Below, piece by piece: positions 10,372-20,580 of a stretch of DNA of 64,000 nt. The translations under genes and the position numbers were made by a program. The notes below the pieces were generated by a model. It made no database searches, had not been told where the DNA came from, and saw only the letters and a list, made by a program, of their open reading frames with translations. The stretch comes from a virus (lineage: Duplodnaviria > Caudoviricetes). The first letter of the stretch is position 1; every line of letters starts with the position of its first letter. The stretch is from the IMG/VR virus record IMGVR_UViG_3300027566_000003; one strand, given 5' to 3'.

Positions 10372-13300
10372 TTATTTATTTTCTATTTTTAAGGGTAACA
10401 GCAGGTCTTTCAAAAACGTTTTTCTGTTTAAATTTTCGCTTTTTCTCAAAGCACTTTCTATTGTGTCTACAGTTCCAATATTATATATAAATTTTTTCGT
10501 TCTAGTATACATTACATAAAGTAAATTTCTATTTAAGAAAAATTTATGAGTTGGTGGGGTAATAACTATTACATAGTTGTACCCTGACCCTTGAGATCGA
10601 TGCCCAGATATTGCATATCCAAGTATTAAATCTCTTATGTCATCATTTCTATATAATACTAATTGCCCATTAAAATCAACAACCATGTATGGGATGCCTT
10701 TAGTATTTTTACCTACTTTAATTATTTTACCATCATCACCATTAAATATCTCTGTTAGTGACTCTTCTTTTTTAAGTTGGTCTTCGTGTTCAAATACAGG
10801 AGCTTTATAATTATTTACAATTTGCATTACTCTATCGTTGACTCTAAAACTAATTTCAAATTTCTGTCTGATATATGATAATTCCATATTCCCATTTGAT
10901 GGATTAATCAAATCTTGTATTAAAGAATTTATTTTATATGTACCATGTTCACCAACATTGTAAGCTGAAATTATTATTATATCATCGGCTGTTCCACCTT
11001 TCTCTTGCATTTTTTTGTATGCAGTTAATATTTTTTCAGTTAAATTATCTTTAGAAGTAGGTACAAATATAAAATCATCACCAAATTTTTGAACACCATC
11101 ACCCAATAAAAAATCATTCCCATTTCGAGTATCAGTTGCAACTTTAGCCAATCCACCATCTTTATATCTAAATACTTTATCAAGGAATATCACTGGGAAT
11201 ATTCCGCAATTAATAATATCTTGCATACAGTTTCCACAACCAACACTAGGTATTTGTGCCGGATCGCAAATAAATATAAGTTTACTTCTTTTTCTATCTA
11301 TTGCCCTCAATAAACTTTTCATCAAAAACACATCTATCATTGTAGCTTCGTCTACTAATATGTAATCATATGGTAATTTATTATTCTCATTAAACATAAA
11401 TCCTTCTGCTGGATTAAAGGCTAACCCCCTATGGATTGTACTTGCTGGACGGTTTGTATTCTGGTAAAAGTTTTTAGATGCTTTGCCAGTTGGAGCAAAA
11501 AGCACATATGAGTAGTTATTGTCATCCAACATATCCAATAGTATTTTTGTACTCGCTGTCTTCCCACAATTGCCAGTAATAAATATTTTATTATTTCTTC
11601 TTAATACCAATATTCCTGATGGCACAGTGAAACAGTATTTGTAACCGTCTAATGTTTTATATTTGTCTATTTTGGTAATAGTGTGGTCTTCCCTTTTGTC
11701 TGTACATAAAGATATTAAAGTTCTTTTTGTAAATTGCACACCATATTCAATAGACTTTCTTATGTATACTTTATTTGCAGTAATATATTCTTGATTTACT
11801 CTATCTAGGGTATCAATGGTTGCTTTATAACCACATGTAACCCCTACAAACTGTATAAAATCTGCATCTGACTTAATTGTAGTGAACCATCTATTTTTCT
11901 TTTTATAATCTCCATCCCAATAAAATATTTCATCAAAAATAATCTCGAATTGTTCTCTCGTACAATTATACCATTTATCCGTAAATGTTTTTTCATTATC
12001 TGTATAATAAAATTTATATACATTATATCCTTCTGCCCCATTTAGTATTTCATACTTAATATTATTTTTTGTTAATAGGTACTCTATTCGTTCCTTTTTT
12101 CTTTGTTTCTTTACATTGATATAACAATCAAAAGGTTTATACTTACTTTTAAAACTACCATCAGCTTTAATTGCAACTTTTAATCTTATTTCCCATTCGT
12201 TATAGGACAATCCTTTACCTTCATAATTAAAAGTTGTAATAAACTTTCCGAGAAAACCTGTTTTTTCATGATTTTCTCTAACTTCTTTAAATGATTTATG
12301 ATATAAATTATTTTTTGAGGTTATATAATATACTTCATGTTCGTCACATAAACATTGATCTAATCCATATTTGGTTTCAAAATGCCATAAATAATCTTCT
12401 GGATATTTATGATATTTTAAAGGACTTACTAACTCGGCACTTCCATCTTTATTATATTGTAATACATAATCACCATCTTTGTATTCAGATATTCTTTTCC
12501 ATTCCACTCCATTAAAATATTCTGTATCACAATCAACACATCCCGCATTCCCTGCTAAAACGAAGAAATTATATTTACTGGCATACTCTATAGACAGTTT
12601 TTGTTTATCGGTTAATTCAAATTCATCAATTTTATTATATTTTGAACAATCAATATCATAAACTCTAGGTTCACTTACAATTTCTAATAATTTTTCTGCG
12701 ACCTCTTTTTCACACAAATATGTTTGTCTTTTAGAAATTCTTTTTCCTTCTTTGTCAAAATAAATTCTATCATTGTGTTCCAAAACTCCTTTAAATTCTT
12801 GCATACACTGAGGAGTTGTTTTACTACATTCTGAATACAATTCATTAGTTTTTATCCATGTGTTACCACTTTCTTCATTTTGCTCTAGAATATATATTAT
12901 ACATTCTGTCATTCTGTATCTTGAATTTGCTAATGATTTGTTTTTACTTAGTATTTTTAAATCTGCTGTTTTAAATCCAATACCACCTATAGAAACTAAA
13001 CACTGATAGGGATTTTCATCCATTTTTTCTTTAAGCAAATCAAAAGAATTGTAGGCATCATATATTTTTTGTATTTGATTAAGTGTAAGTTCATATTCCT
13101 TATATTCATTTATAATATTAAAAAACATTATATTATTGTTAATTTTTTCAGTTATTTTTTTCAGAGTTAATTCTCCCAAACCATATACCTTACTTGTATC
13201 TATTTCATCTTCTTTACCTTTGATAATTGTTTTAATAAAGTTTGGATAAACTTTTAAAATACTATCTGTTAATTTATCCCCTATAAGTTCAGATAAAAAA

Positions 13301-13575
13301 TTAAATGATTCATTTTCATTCATATCCATAGGGTTATTTATAAACTTTTTAACTATATAACTTTCATATTTACCTTTTTTTTCGTATTCGACCTCCAACT
13401 CATATTCTTTTCCTTCAACCATAGATGGCAATTCACCTTTTATAGTAATATTGCCATAATCTGATAAAACTATTTTATCTAAGCAAGAATCGTTTGGATA
13501 AAATCCATACATCTTAAAGAACCCTTTTTGGAAAAATGGTTCCCCTGATACATAACCTTTTATAACAATACTCAA
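10372..13575 (-). CDS. recD2: RecD2/TraA-like SF1B helicase interrupted by an intein (743 aa after splicing)
   Basis: Spliced Walker A GNAG|CGKT; APTGKA, STIHR, VDEATM, GDDGKI, YAISGHRSQGSGY, LLYVMYTRTK. Confidence 0.92.
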   Translation of the reverse strand: MSIVIKGYVSGEPFFQKGFFKMYGFYPNDSCLDKIVLSDYGNITIKGELPSMVEGKEYELEVEYEKKGKYESYIVKKFINNPMDMNENESFNFLSELIGDKLTDSILKVYPNFIKTIIKGKEDEIDTSKVYGLGELTLKKITEKINNNIMFFNIINEYKEYELTLNQIQKIYDAYNSFDLLKEKMDENPYQCLVSIGGIGFKTADLKILSKNKSLANSRYRMTECIIYILEQNEESGNTWIKTNELYSECSKTTPQCMQEFKGVLEHNDRIYFDKEGKRISKRQTYLCEKEVAEKLLEIVSEPRVYDIDCSKYNKIDEFELTDKQKLSIEYASKYNFFVLAGNAGCVDCDTEYFNGVEWKRISEYKDGDYVLQYNKDGSAELVSPLKYHKYPEDYLWHFETKYGLDQCLCDEHEVYYITSKNNLYHKSFKEVRENHEKTGFLGKFITTFNYEGKGLSYNEWEIRLKVAIKADGSFKSKYKPFDCYINVKKQRKKERIEYLLTKNNIKYEILNGAEGYNVYKFYYTDNEKTFTDKWYNCTREQFEIIFDEIFYWDGDYKKKNRWFTTIKSDADFIQFVGVTCGYKATIDTLDRVNQEYITANKVYIRKSIEYGVQFTKRTLISLCTDKREDHTITKIDKYKTLDGYKYCFTVPSGILVLRRNNKIFITGNCGKTASTKILLDMLDDNNYSYVLFAPTGKASKNFYQNTNRPASTIHRGLAFNPAEGFMFNENNKLPYDYILVDEATMIDVFLMKSLLRAIDRKRSKLIFICDPAQIPSVGCGNCMQDIINCGIFPVIFLDKVFRYKDGGLAKVATDTRNGNDFLLGDGVQKFGDDFIFVPTSKDNLTEKILTAYKKMQEKGGTADDIIIISAYNVGEHGTYKINSLIQDLINPSNGNMELSYIRQKFEISFRVNDRVMQIVNNYKAPVFEHEDQLKKEESLTEIFNGDDGKIIKVGKNTKGIPYMVVDFNGQLVLYRNDDIRDLILGYAISGHRSQGSGYNYVIVITPPTHKFFLNRNLLYVMYTRTKKFIYNIGTVDTIESALRKSENLNRKTFLKDLLLPLKIENK
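11569..12540 (-). mobile_element. Intein (324 aa) with LAGLIDADG-like homing endonuclease, in the helicase P-loop
   Basis: Begins CVDCDTEYF, ends YCFTVPSG...IFITGN, +1 Cys; internal VAIKADG and EIFYWDG motifs. Confidence 0.9.
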
Positions 13576-13595
13576 ACTTCACCCTCCTTTATAGA

Positions 13596-16500
13596 TTACA
13601 TAGAAATTATATTGTTTAATTTTCTATCATCTATCCAATCTTCTATAGTTTTAATTTTTTTAATAATAAATGTATCTTCATTTGATTTTTCTGCATAAAA
13701 CGCCAGTTTATTATTTTTCTTTATAAAGTCTATGTATTTAGAATATATACTAGACCATGCTATCCCTTCTAATAAACCATTACTTTCATAAACATTAATA
13801 TACGCATAATCCTTTTTGTGTCGATCTTTTTTCTTTTGTATCCTTGATATAATACCAATAATTACACACTCATCTCCTATTTCACAATCATAGAAATTTT
13901 CATTATTATATTGAACTATTTCATTAAATGGATTATCGCTGAGGAAAATAGTTAAAGCTTCAAACTCCCAAAATTGCTGATTTTGCATATATTTTTCTTT
14001 AAACTCTTTAATAGCATTTTCTTTAACTTCATTTTGTTGTTTTAACCAATCTTGATATTTAGTTGTTTCGTGCTCAATTCTCCTCTTTTCATTATATAGT
14101 TTAAGTCTTTTTTCTTTGTCTTTTATAACATCAGTATCTATAAACCACTTAGTTTTTAGTTCTAATAAAGTTGGTAAACTTTTAACGTCAGAATATGGTT
14201 TATATTCTTTGTCAGTCTTTACATACTTTTCTGCATACCTTAAAAGCATATTATTTTTATCTTTTGTTGGTAAAGCACCCGATTTAATTAGCATTACTAC
14301 TTGTGCAGAGCTACATTGCACCCTGTTTATAAAATTATCTAATCCTTCAAATTTGCCATTTTGATCTCTTTCATTTATTATGTTTTGAACAATCTTCTCT
14401 CCAACTTGATTGATTGAATTTAAACCAAATAGTATATTTTTATTGTCTACATTAAATTTAAAATCAGATTTATTTATGTGTGGAGGAAAAACTTGTATTC
14501 CTAATTCTTGCGCTTCAACAAGATATTTATTTAATTTACCATTATCACCTTCACAGGCATTAAATACTTCACAATAAAATTCTACTGGATAATGTGCTTT
14601 TAGATAAGCTGTTTGTAGAGTGATAACCCCATAAAGAGCAGAATGTGATTTGTTAAACATGTAAGACCCCTTGGATCGTAAATCATCACTAATTATTTTT
14701 GCTATTTCTTCACTGTAGTTATTATTTTCAATCTCTTTATACAATTTATCAGATTCTTTTTTTACAATATCATGGTCTTTTTTTCCTATGCCTTTCCTAA
14801 ATTTATCAGCACCACCATATGTTCTTCCACCAAATTTTCTTACTATGTCCATCAGTTGTTCTTGATAAATCATCTGCCCATTTGTTGTTTCTAATATCAA
14901 TCTCATATCTTCATGTATGTATTTAATTTCATTTATATGATGCTTATAATAAATATAATCTTCTAGGTAACTCATGCTATCTGGTCTATAAAGTGCTAGA
15001 ACTGCTGAAATATCTTCTAATGATGTTGGTTGAAGTCTTAATAATAAGTCTTTCATGCCTTGCGATTCTACTTGAAAAACATTATTTGTTTTTCCACTTT
15101 GAAGTAACTTATACATTTTTTCATCATTTAAAAATTTAGGATTATTCGGGTCTAAATCCCAATCTGATAATCCAATGCGTTTTTTAACACCATCAATAAT
15201 TATTAGATTTTTTAATCCTAAAATATCAAACTTAATAATACCTATTTCTTCAATCATTATTTTATCTACTTGAATAACATGTTCGCCTTTTTCACCTAGT
15301 TTCATAGGCATATAGTCATTTATACTTGTGTCAACTATTCCAACCCCACCTGCATGTGTAGATACATGTCTAATTCTTCCACTTAGCATTCTAGCAATAT
15401 CGAATAGTTCTTTATATACTTCATTATTATATTTTCTTATTGTATCACCATTTAATTCAATACATTTATCAAATTCTTTTTCAGTAAATAATTTAGCTAT
15501 ATTATTTATTGTGGCACTAGGAATAAGTGGTTTGCCATTTTCATCTTTCAATATTCTTCCAACGTCTTTAATAGCAACAACTGGTGTAATTGATGCTAAA
15601 TTTAATACTTGGCAAACTCGCATTTCTCCATATTTTTTCATTAAATATTCTATAACCAATTCTCTATAAGCAAAATCAAGATCAATATCAGGCATACTTA
15701 CACGTTCTTTGTTTAAGAATCTTTCAAAAATTAAATTATAGTCAATTGGATCGAGTGCAGATATACCAAGTAGATAACACACAACTGATCCACCTGCACT
15801 ACCTCGACCTGCACCAACAGGGTAGTCATTTTCTTTGCAGAAATTAATATAATCCCATACTATAAGAAAGTAACCACAAAAACCCATTTCATCAATAACT
15901 TCTAATTCATGTTCAAGTCGTTCCTTCCTTATTTTTTGTTCATCAAAGGTTCGTTTATCATACCCTCTATTAAACCAACCAATATCTTGTGTTAAATGTT
16001 GTAAATATTCTTTGTTACTATTAAAACCTTCTGGTAATGGGAAAGTAGGTAATTGTGGAGATTGAAATGGCATATTAACCACTTCAATTAAATCTGCAAT
16101 AATATCTGTGTTTTTCAATCCAATGTCAACATTCTCTTTGCCAATTTGATTGTCCATTATTTCATGTATTTCTTCATCAGATTGCATATAACAACCTTCG
16201 TATAATTCTGACATTGTATCCGTATCTCTTGCTATTTGAACATGTCTTGCTTGATATTTTAAGTGTTCTTTGACCGCAACATGACTATCAGTTGTAATTA
16301 CAAAAGGCGTGTTTGTTTCTTGGGATAATTTTATTATTTTTTGATTGTAAGTTTGTTGATTTTGATGAGATTGCATTTCTAAATAAAAGTGAGGAAATAT
16401 GTTTTTATATTCATTGACGTATTCAATACATTTATTATAATTATCTTCTCTGGCTATTTTGCTTGCTAAACATGCACTTAATATAATAAGATTTTGTGCA

Positions 16501-16874
16501 TGTGGTTTTAGCATATTTAAATCTACTCTTGGTTTATAATATTTACCCTCAAATTCACTTTTTGTAATTAATTGATTTAAAGATTTCCTTCCCTGTTCGT
16601 TTTTAGCAAGTGCAACTAAATGAAAATATTTATTATCTTTGTCTTTAACACTAGTATCAAAACATTCATAGAATTCTACTCCATAAACCATTTTAATCTC
16701 AGGATATTCTTTTTTTAATATATCAAAATAAGGCCATGAATAAGCAACACCATGCTCTGTAATAGCAAATCCTTTTAGACCTATTTCTTTTGCTCTATCC
16801 AACATTTCTTTTGGGGTTCCAAGGCCGTCTTGCAAGCTGTACATGCTATGGTTGTGTAAGGAACTGTAACTCAT
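13596..16874 (-). CDS. dnaE: DNA polymerase III alpha subunit (DnaE; SPbeta YorL-like)
   Basis: PHP domain LHNHSMYS...ITEHG; GAGRGSAGGS; MPDIDLDF; STHAGG; FNKSHS; C-terminal OB fold. Confidence 0.96.
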   Translation of the reverse strand: MSYSSLHNHSMYSLQDGLGTPKEMLDRAKEIGLKGFAITEHGVAYSWPYFDILKKEYPEIKMVYGVEFYECFDTSVKDKDNKYFHLVALAKNEQGRKSLNQLITKSEFEGKYYKPRVDLNMLKPHAQNLIILSACLASKIAREDNYNKCIEYVNEYKNIFPHFYLEMQSHQNQQTYNQKIIKLSQETNTPFVITTDSHVAVKEHLKYQARHVQIARDTDTMSELYEGCYMQSDEEIHEIMDNQIGKENVDIGLKNTDIIADLIEVVNMPFQSPQLPTFPLPEGFNSNKEYLQHLTQDIGWFNRGYDKRTFDEQKIRKERLEHELEVIDEMGFCGYFLIVWDYINFCKENDYPVGAGRGSAGGSVVCYLLGISALDPIDYNLIFERFLNKERVSMPDIDLDFAYRELVIEYLMKKYGEMRVCQVLNLASITPVVAIKDVGRILKDENGKPLIPSATINNIAKLFTEKEFDKCIELNGDTIRKYNNEVYKELFDIARMLSGRIRHVSTHAGGVGIVDTSINDYMPMKLGEKGEHVIQVDKIMIEEIGIIKFDILGLKNLIIIDGVKKRIGLSDWDLDPNNPKFLNDEKMYKLLQSGKTNNVFQVESQGMKDLLLRLQPTSLEDISAVLALYRPDSMSYLEDYIYYKHHINEIKYIHEDMRLILETTNGQMIYQEQLMDIVRKFGGRTYGGADKFRKGIGKKDHDIVKKESDKLYKEIENNNYSEEIAKIISDDLRSKGSYMFNKSHSALYGVITLQTAYLKAHYPVEFYCEVFNACEGDNGKLNKYLVEAQELGIQVFPPHINKSDFKFNVDNKNILFGLNSINQVGEKIVQNIINERDQNGKFEGLDNFINRVQCSSAQVVMLIKSGALPTKDKNNMLLRYAEKYVKTDKEYKPYSDVKSLPTLLELKTKWFIDTDVIKDKEKRLKLYNEKRRIEHETTKYQDWLKQQNEVKENAIKEFKEKYMQNQQFWEFEALTIFLSDNPFNEIVQYNNENFYDCEIGDECVIIGIISRIQKKKDRHKKDYAYINVYESNGLLEGIAWSSIYSKYIDFIKKNNKLAFYAEKSNEDTFIIKKIKTIEDWIDDRKLNNIISM

Positions 16875-16885
16875 TATATCACATC

Positions 16886-17752
16886 CTATATATTGTATTG
16901 TTCAAATAAATGTCTTTGCGGAGCAAATTTTTCGCCAAATAAATCTTTTTCTGCCTTCAATCTCGCCACTATAGCATCTTCAAAATTATCATGATAACCC
17001 AAAAATATTCTTTTATAATTATATTTAATTTGCGCTAACCAATTATTATCTCTTTCCCACCAGCAAACTCCTATAATCCCACTTTTATTATCATATCTTT
17101 TACTTTGATTAAAAGAATTTAATTGATTAGTGGCAAATCTTAAATTTGTTTTTCTATTGTCTTTTCTATTTCTATTAATATGATCAATTTGTATATTGTC
17201 TGGAACATTAATAATAAACCGATGCATTCTAAATCCTATACGATTTTTGGTTCCAACCACATAACCATCGCTTCCTGTGATCCATGTAAAATTCTTAATT
17301 AAATAATAATCTTCCAAATCAAAGTAAAATTTATCATTTTTATTTGTTGTCCATCCTATTCCATATTCTCCAGATAAATCATATGTATTATATTTTTTGT
17401 TTGCCTCAATGGTTAAACATCCACATGAATGACTTCCATTATTTCTAAGTTTTCTGCCATCAATTATTTTTCTAGTCTTCTTTTCACATTGGCATTCACA
17501 TAACCACATATCTTTATTGTCGTGCATTATTACTAACCACCTACCAAATAATTTACCTGTTAAATCTGGTAGTCCACCACATCCACAATCTTGATTATTT
17601 TTTATCATTGCACCAATTTTTATCCTTTGAGTATGTTTATGACAATCGCATTCTACCAACCACAAAGAAGCACCATGTTTATTGAAACCTTTATGCTCCA
17701 ACACTTTCCAATTATTAATTTTTTGTCCAGTTAGATCTTTAAATTTTGGCAT
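16886..17752 (-). CDS. Free-standing HNH endonuclease with AP2 domain (putative homing endonuclease)
   Basis: Repeated DLTG+.FG+W N-terminal units; MHRFI...IDHINRNRKDNRKTNLR; C-terminal WLAQI..NYKRIFLGY...EDAIVAR. Confidence 0.85.
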   Translation of the reverse strand: MPKFKDLTGQKINNWKVLEHKGFNKHGASLWLVECDCHKHTQRIKIGAMIKNNQDCGCGGLPDLTGKLFGRWLVIMHDNKDMWLCECQCEKKTRKIIDGRKLRNNGSHSCGCLTIEANKKYNTYDLSGEYGIGWTTNKNDKFYFDLEDYYLIKNFTWITGSDGYVVGTKNRIGFRMHRFIINVPDNIQIDHINRNRKDNRKTNLRFATNQLNSFNQSKRYDNKSGIIGVCWWERDNNWLAQIKYNYKRIFLGYHDNFEDAIVARLKAEKDLFGEKFAPQRHLFEQYNI

Positions 17753-17770
17753 ATATCAACCTACCTTTTA

Positions 17771-19522
17771 TTATATTTTACTTACTATCTGATAATCCTC
17801 AATTATTAATTGTGGCGTTGTTTTACTTCCAAATATATTAATTGAAGTCTTTCCAACAATATTCATTACAACATTACTATACATAAATGTATCAATATTA
17901 AGCATTTCATCATCCTCCGGTGAGTTAAATTTTATAAATTCAATAACATCATTTTGGAATTTCCAATGTTTTTTATTTTCATTTCCAAATGCGTTGAACC
18001 CTAATAAATCTATATTTACATTATTGATCGCGATCAATGGTTCTTTTACAAAACTTGAGAACAAATGTTGCATACTATGTATATCTCTAATAATTTTATA
18101 ATCTATTGTATTTTCAAATATAAAATCAACTTTATGTATTTTATCATTAGTTATTTCCGAATATTTATTATTGAAATATTCGATTGCATTGGGAATATTA
18201 TCTTTGTTAATTGATACTCCAAATGCATTTTCATGACCAACTAATTCTTCAAATAATTTACTACTTTCAAGTTCTGTTTTTAAATTTTCAACAAACCCAT
18301 TATTAATATTTCTTGCACTACCACTAAATATAACTTTTTCATTGGTACTTTTGTTAATATCCTTTCTTAGAATTAAGCAAGGTTTTTCGTATTTAGAAGC
18401 TATTTTAATTGCAACTAACCCAGTCAACTCTCTGGTTACATTTTCTAATTTACTTGCATTAACAAAACAAATAACATTTTCTTTATTACTATCATCATAC
18501 AGACTAATAATTTCATCTACAGCTTTTTGTTGTATTTTTGATTGTTTTGCTTTTGCATTATTACATAACCTTGCAATTCTATCATATATAGATTCCATTA
18601 CTTGTTCTGGATTAGGATTGTTTTTTGACTTCCTTGGGGTATACTCAAATTCTTCATAATCCTGAATAAACGCTCTAAATAATAATTCCTTTTCACTTTG
18701 TAAACCTGTTCTAATCATTGCGTTAATTAATGGAGTTATATAAAATGATATATCTATAATTGTTGGTTTTTCTGTATTTTTAATACTATATGATTGCTTG
18801 TTTATTAGTGATAATAATAAAGGGTGTGATATATTTTGCAACCCTATGTCAACTAAATATTTAGTTTCGCATTCTTTTAAATCCATTACATCTGAAATAT
18901 TTCCTAATGCCACCAAATCAATATAATCATCTGCATTTGATAACCAATATTCATCATCTAGGGCTTGAAGAAATTTAAACACAATGCCAACACCACATAA
19001 ATTTTTATTTGGATAGTCACATGTTTGGTTATTAATAATTATTGCATATTCATTGTCTCGTTCTTTTTGATGATGATCTAAAATTAAAATACTAAAACCA
19101 AACTCACTTAATGATTTACATTGTTCTGTATCATTAGTCCCTGCATCCGGCAATATTATTAATCCAACATCCTTGGTTAATAATACATTCATTACTTCTT
19201 CTGATAAACCATGTTTTTTGCCCTCTTGAATTATGTAATTGATATTTTTATATTTTATTTTTGTAACAATGTAATGAAACAAACTACTCGCACTTGTATA
19301 CCCATCTGGATCAGAATCAACTACTATATAAATGGGTAATTCACTTTCAATTGTTTTCTTTAATAAACTAACTCCTTCGCTTATATTATCTAACAACGAA
19401 TATTCAAACAAACAATTTGAATTTAGATTTAAGTAGTTTTGTATATCTGTAACCCCTCTGTTTTTCAAAATTGTATTTTTTACATTTCTTGTATTATTGT
19501 CTCCTATAAGAATATATTTCAT
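17771..19522 (-). CDS. recJ: ssDNA exonuclease RecJ (YorK-like)
   Basis: DSDPDG, DAG, LDHH, LGNISD, SGSAR, GHENAFG. Confidence 0.92.
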   Translation of the reverse strand: MKYILIGDNNTRNVKNTILKNRGVTDIQNYLNLNSNCLFEYSLLDNISEGVSLLKKTIESELPIYIVVDSDPDGYTSASSLFHYIVTKIKYKNINYIIQEGKKHGLSEEVMNVLLTKDVGLIILPDAGTNDTEQCKSLSEFGFSILILDHHQKERDNEYAIIINNQTCDYPNKNLCGVGIVFKFLQALDDEYWLSNADDYIDLVALGNISDVMDLKECETKYLVDIGLQNISHPLLLSLINKQSYSIKNTEKPTIIDISFYITPLINAMIRTGLQSEKELLFRAFIQDYEEFEYTPRKSKNNPNPEQVMESIYDRIARLCNNAKAKQSKIQQKAVDEIISLYDDSNKENVICFVNASKLENVTRELTGLVAIKIASKYEKPCLILRKDINKSTNEKVIFSGSARNINNGFVENLKTELESSKLFEELVGHENAFGVSINKDNIPNAIEYFNNKYSEITNDKIHKVDFIFENTIDYKIIRDIHSMQHLFSSFVKEPLIAINNVNIDLLGFNAFGNENKKHWKFQNDVIEFIKFNSPEDDEMLNIDTFMYSNVVMNIVGKTSINIFGSKTTPQLIIEDYQIVSKI

Positions 19523-20565
19523 TTAATAGTTTCGTCCTTTCCTTTCTTTATTGGGATAATGCAATTTTTTATAAGTTTTTCCCATATTTGTGGATTATCA
19601 GATGGCGATTCTTTCTCTCCTAAAATATTGTTTGTATCATATAGCATATATATATTTGCCCCTTCTAACCCCTCTGACAATTCTTCTATCTCTTCTTTTA
19701 AAACATCTTTGTCAAAACAAAATATTAAATCAACTCCCAATGAACAAAGTTTGTTTTTCTGCATTCTACTAACTTTCTTTCCACCTGTTGAAACACAGTT
19801 GTAGTACCCCATGTTAAAGAGTTGCATGGTTGCTTTTTCAGATTCCAAAACATAGCAATAACCTTTTTCTTTTATATGTTTTATTGATTTATCTAATCCA
19901 AAAAGTATTTTGCTTCTAGCACATTTTTCTAAATATATATATTTATTTTCAATTTCTCCATATTCAAAAATTCTTCCTTTTATTCCAACCAAATTCCCTA
20001 TCTCATCTCTTATTGGGATTGTAATATGGTTTGTTTCATCATCATATCCAATTTCAAAATACTTTTGGGTATCATAAGAGATATTGTCTTTAAAAAACAT
20101 ATCATTAACATACGGTTTATAATAAGTTAATATTTTTTCACTTATAGGTTTTAATTTATAATTTTCATCTACATAGTCTCCAGTTTTCATATCATATAAC
20201 ATTTGCAACATTTTAAGACTTTCAGGCACATCATCTTCATTACTCATTTCGTAATAATCTAATCCTAAAATATCACATAGGTATTTAACACACTTAAACA
20301 AATTTACTTGTTTAACAAAACATACAAGGTCAATTATACTAGTTGGTTTATTTGATTTATTATATCTGATGTCTCTAGTATGATTGATGCAATTTAAATA
20401 TTCAGTGTCAAAGTATTGACATATGGCTTGATTATTATCACCGTCATAATTAGCACATGAATAATAATTGTCATGTCTGGAAATATTTTTACATCCAATC
20501 TGAGATAACACATAATCAACTTTTTCATTAGTAAAAATATACTGTTTCAATCTTTTAATATCCAT
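19519..20565 (-). CDS. DNA primase (TOPRIM; YorJ-like)
   Basis: IPIRDEIGNLVGIKGR; VLESEKA; FCFDKD; position between helicase and recJ. Confidence 0.85.
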   Translation of the reverse strand: MDIKRLKQYIFTNEKVDYVLSQIGCKNISRHDNYYSCANYDGDNNQAICQYFDTEYLNCINHTRDIRYNKSNKPTSIIDLVCFVKQVNLFKCVKYLCDILGLDYYEMSNEDDVPESLKMLQMLYDMKTGDYVDENYKLKPISEKILTYYKPYVNDMFFKDNISYDTQKYFEIGYDDETNHITIPIRDEIGNLVGIKGRIFEYGEIENKYIYLEKCARSKILFGLDKSIKHIKEKGYCYVLESEKATMQLFNMGYYNCVSTGGKKVSRMQKNKLCSLGVDLIFCFDKDVLKEEIEELSEGLEGANIYMLYDTNNILGEKESPSDNPQIWEKLIKNCIIPIKKGKDETIK

Positions 20566-20580
20566 ATGTCAATACTCCTT

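Noticed and set aside
16886-17752. HNH gene as part of a group I intron
   Set aside because: The flanking recJ and dnaE are each complete, so the insertion is intergenic and free-standing; no intron core was recognised.
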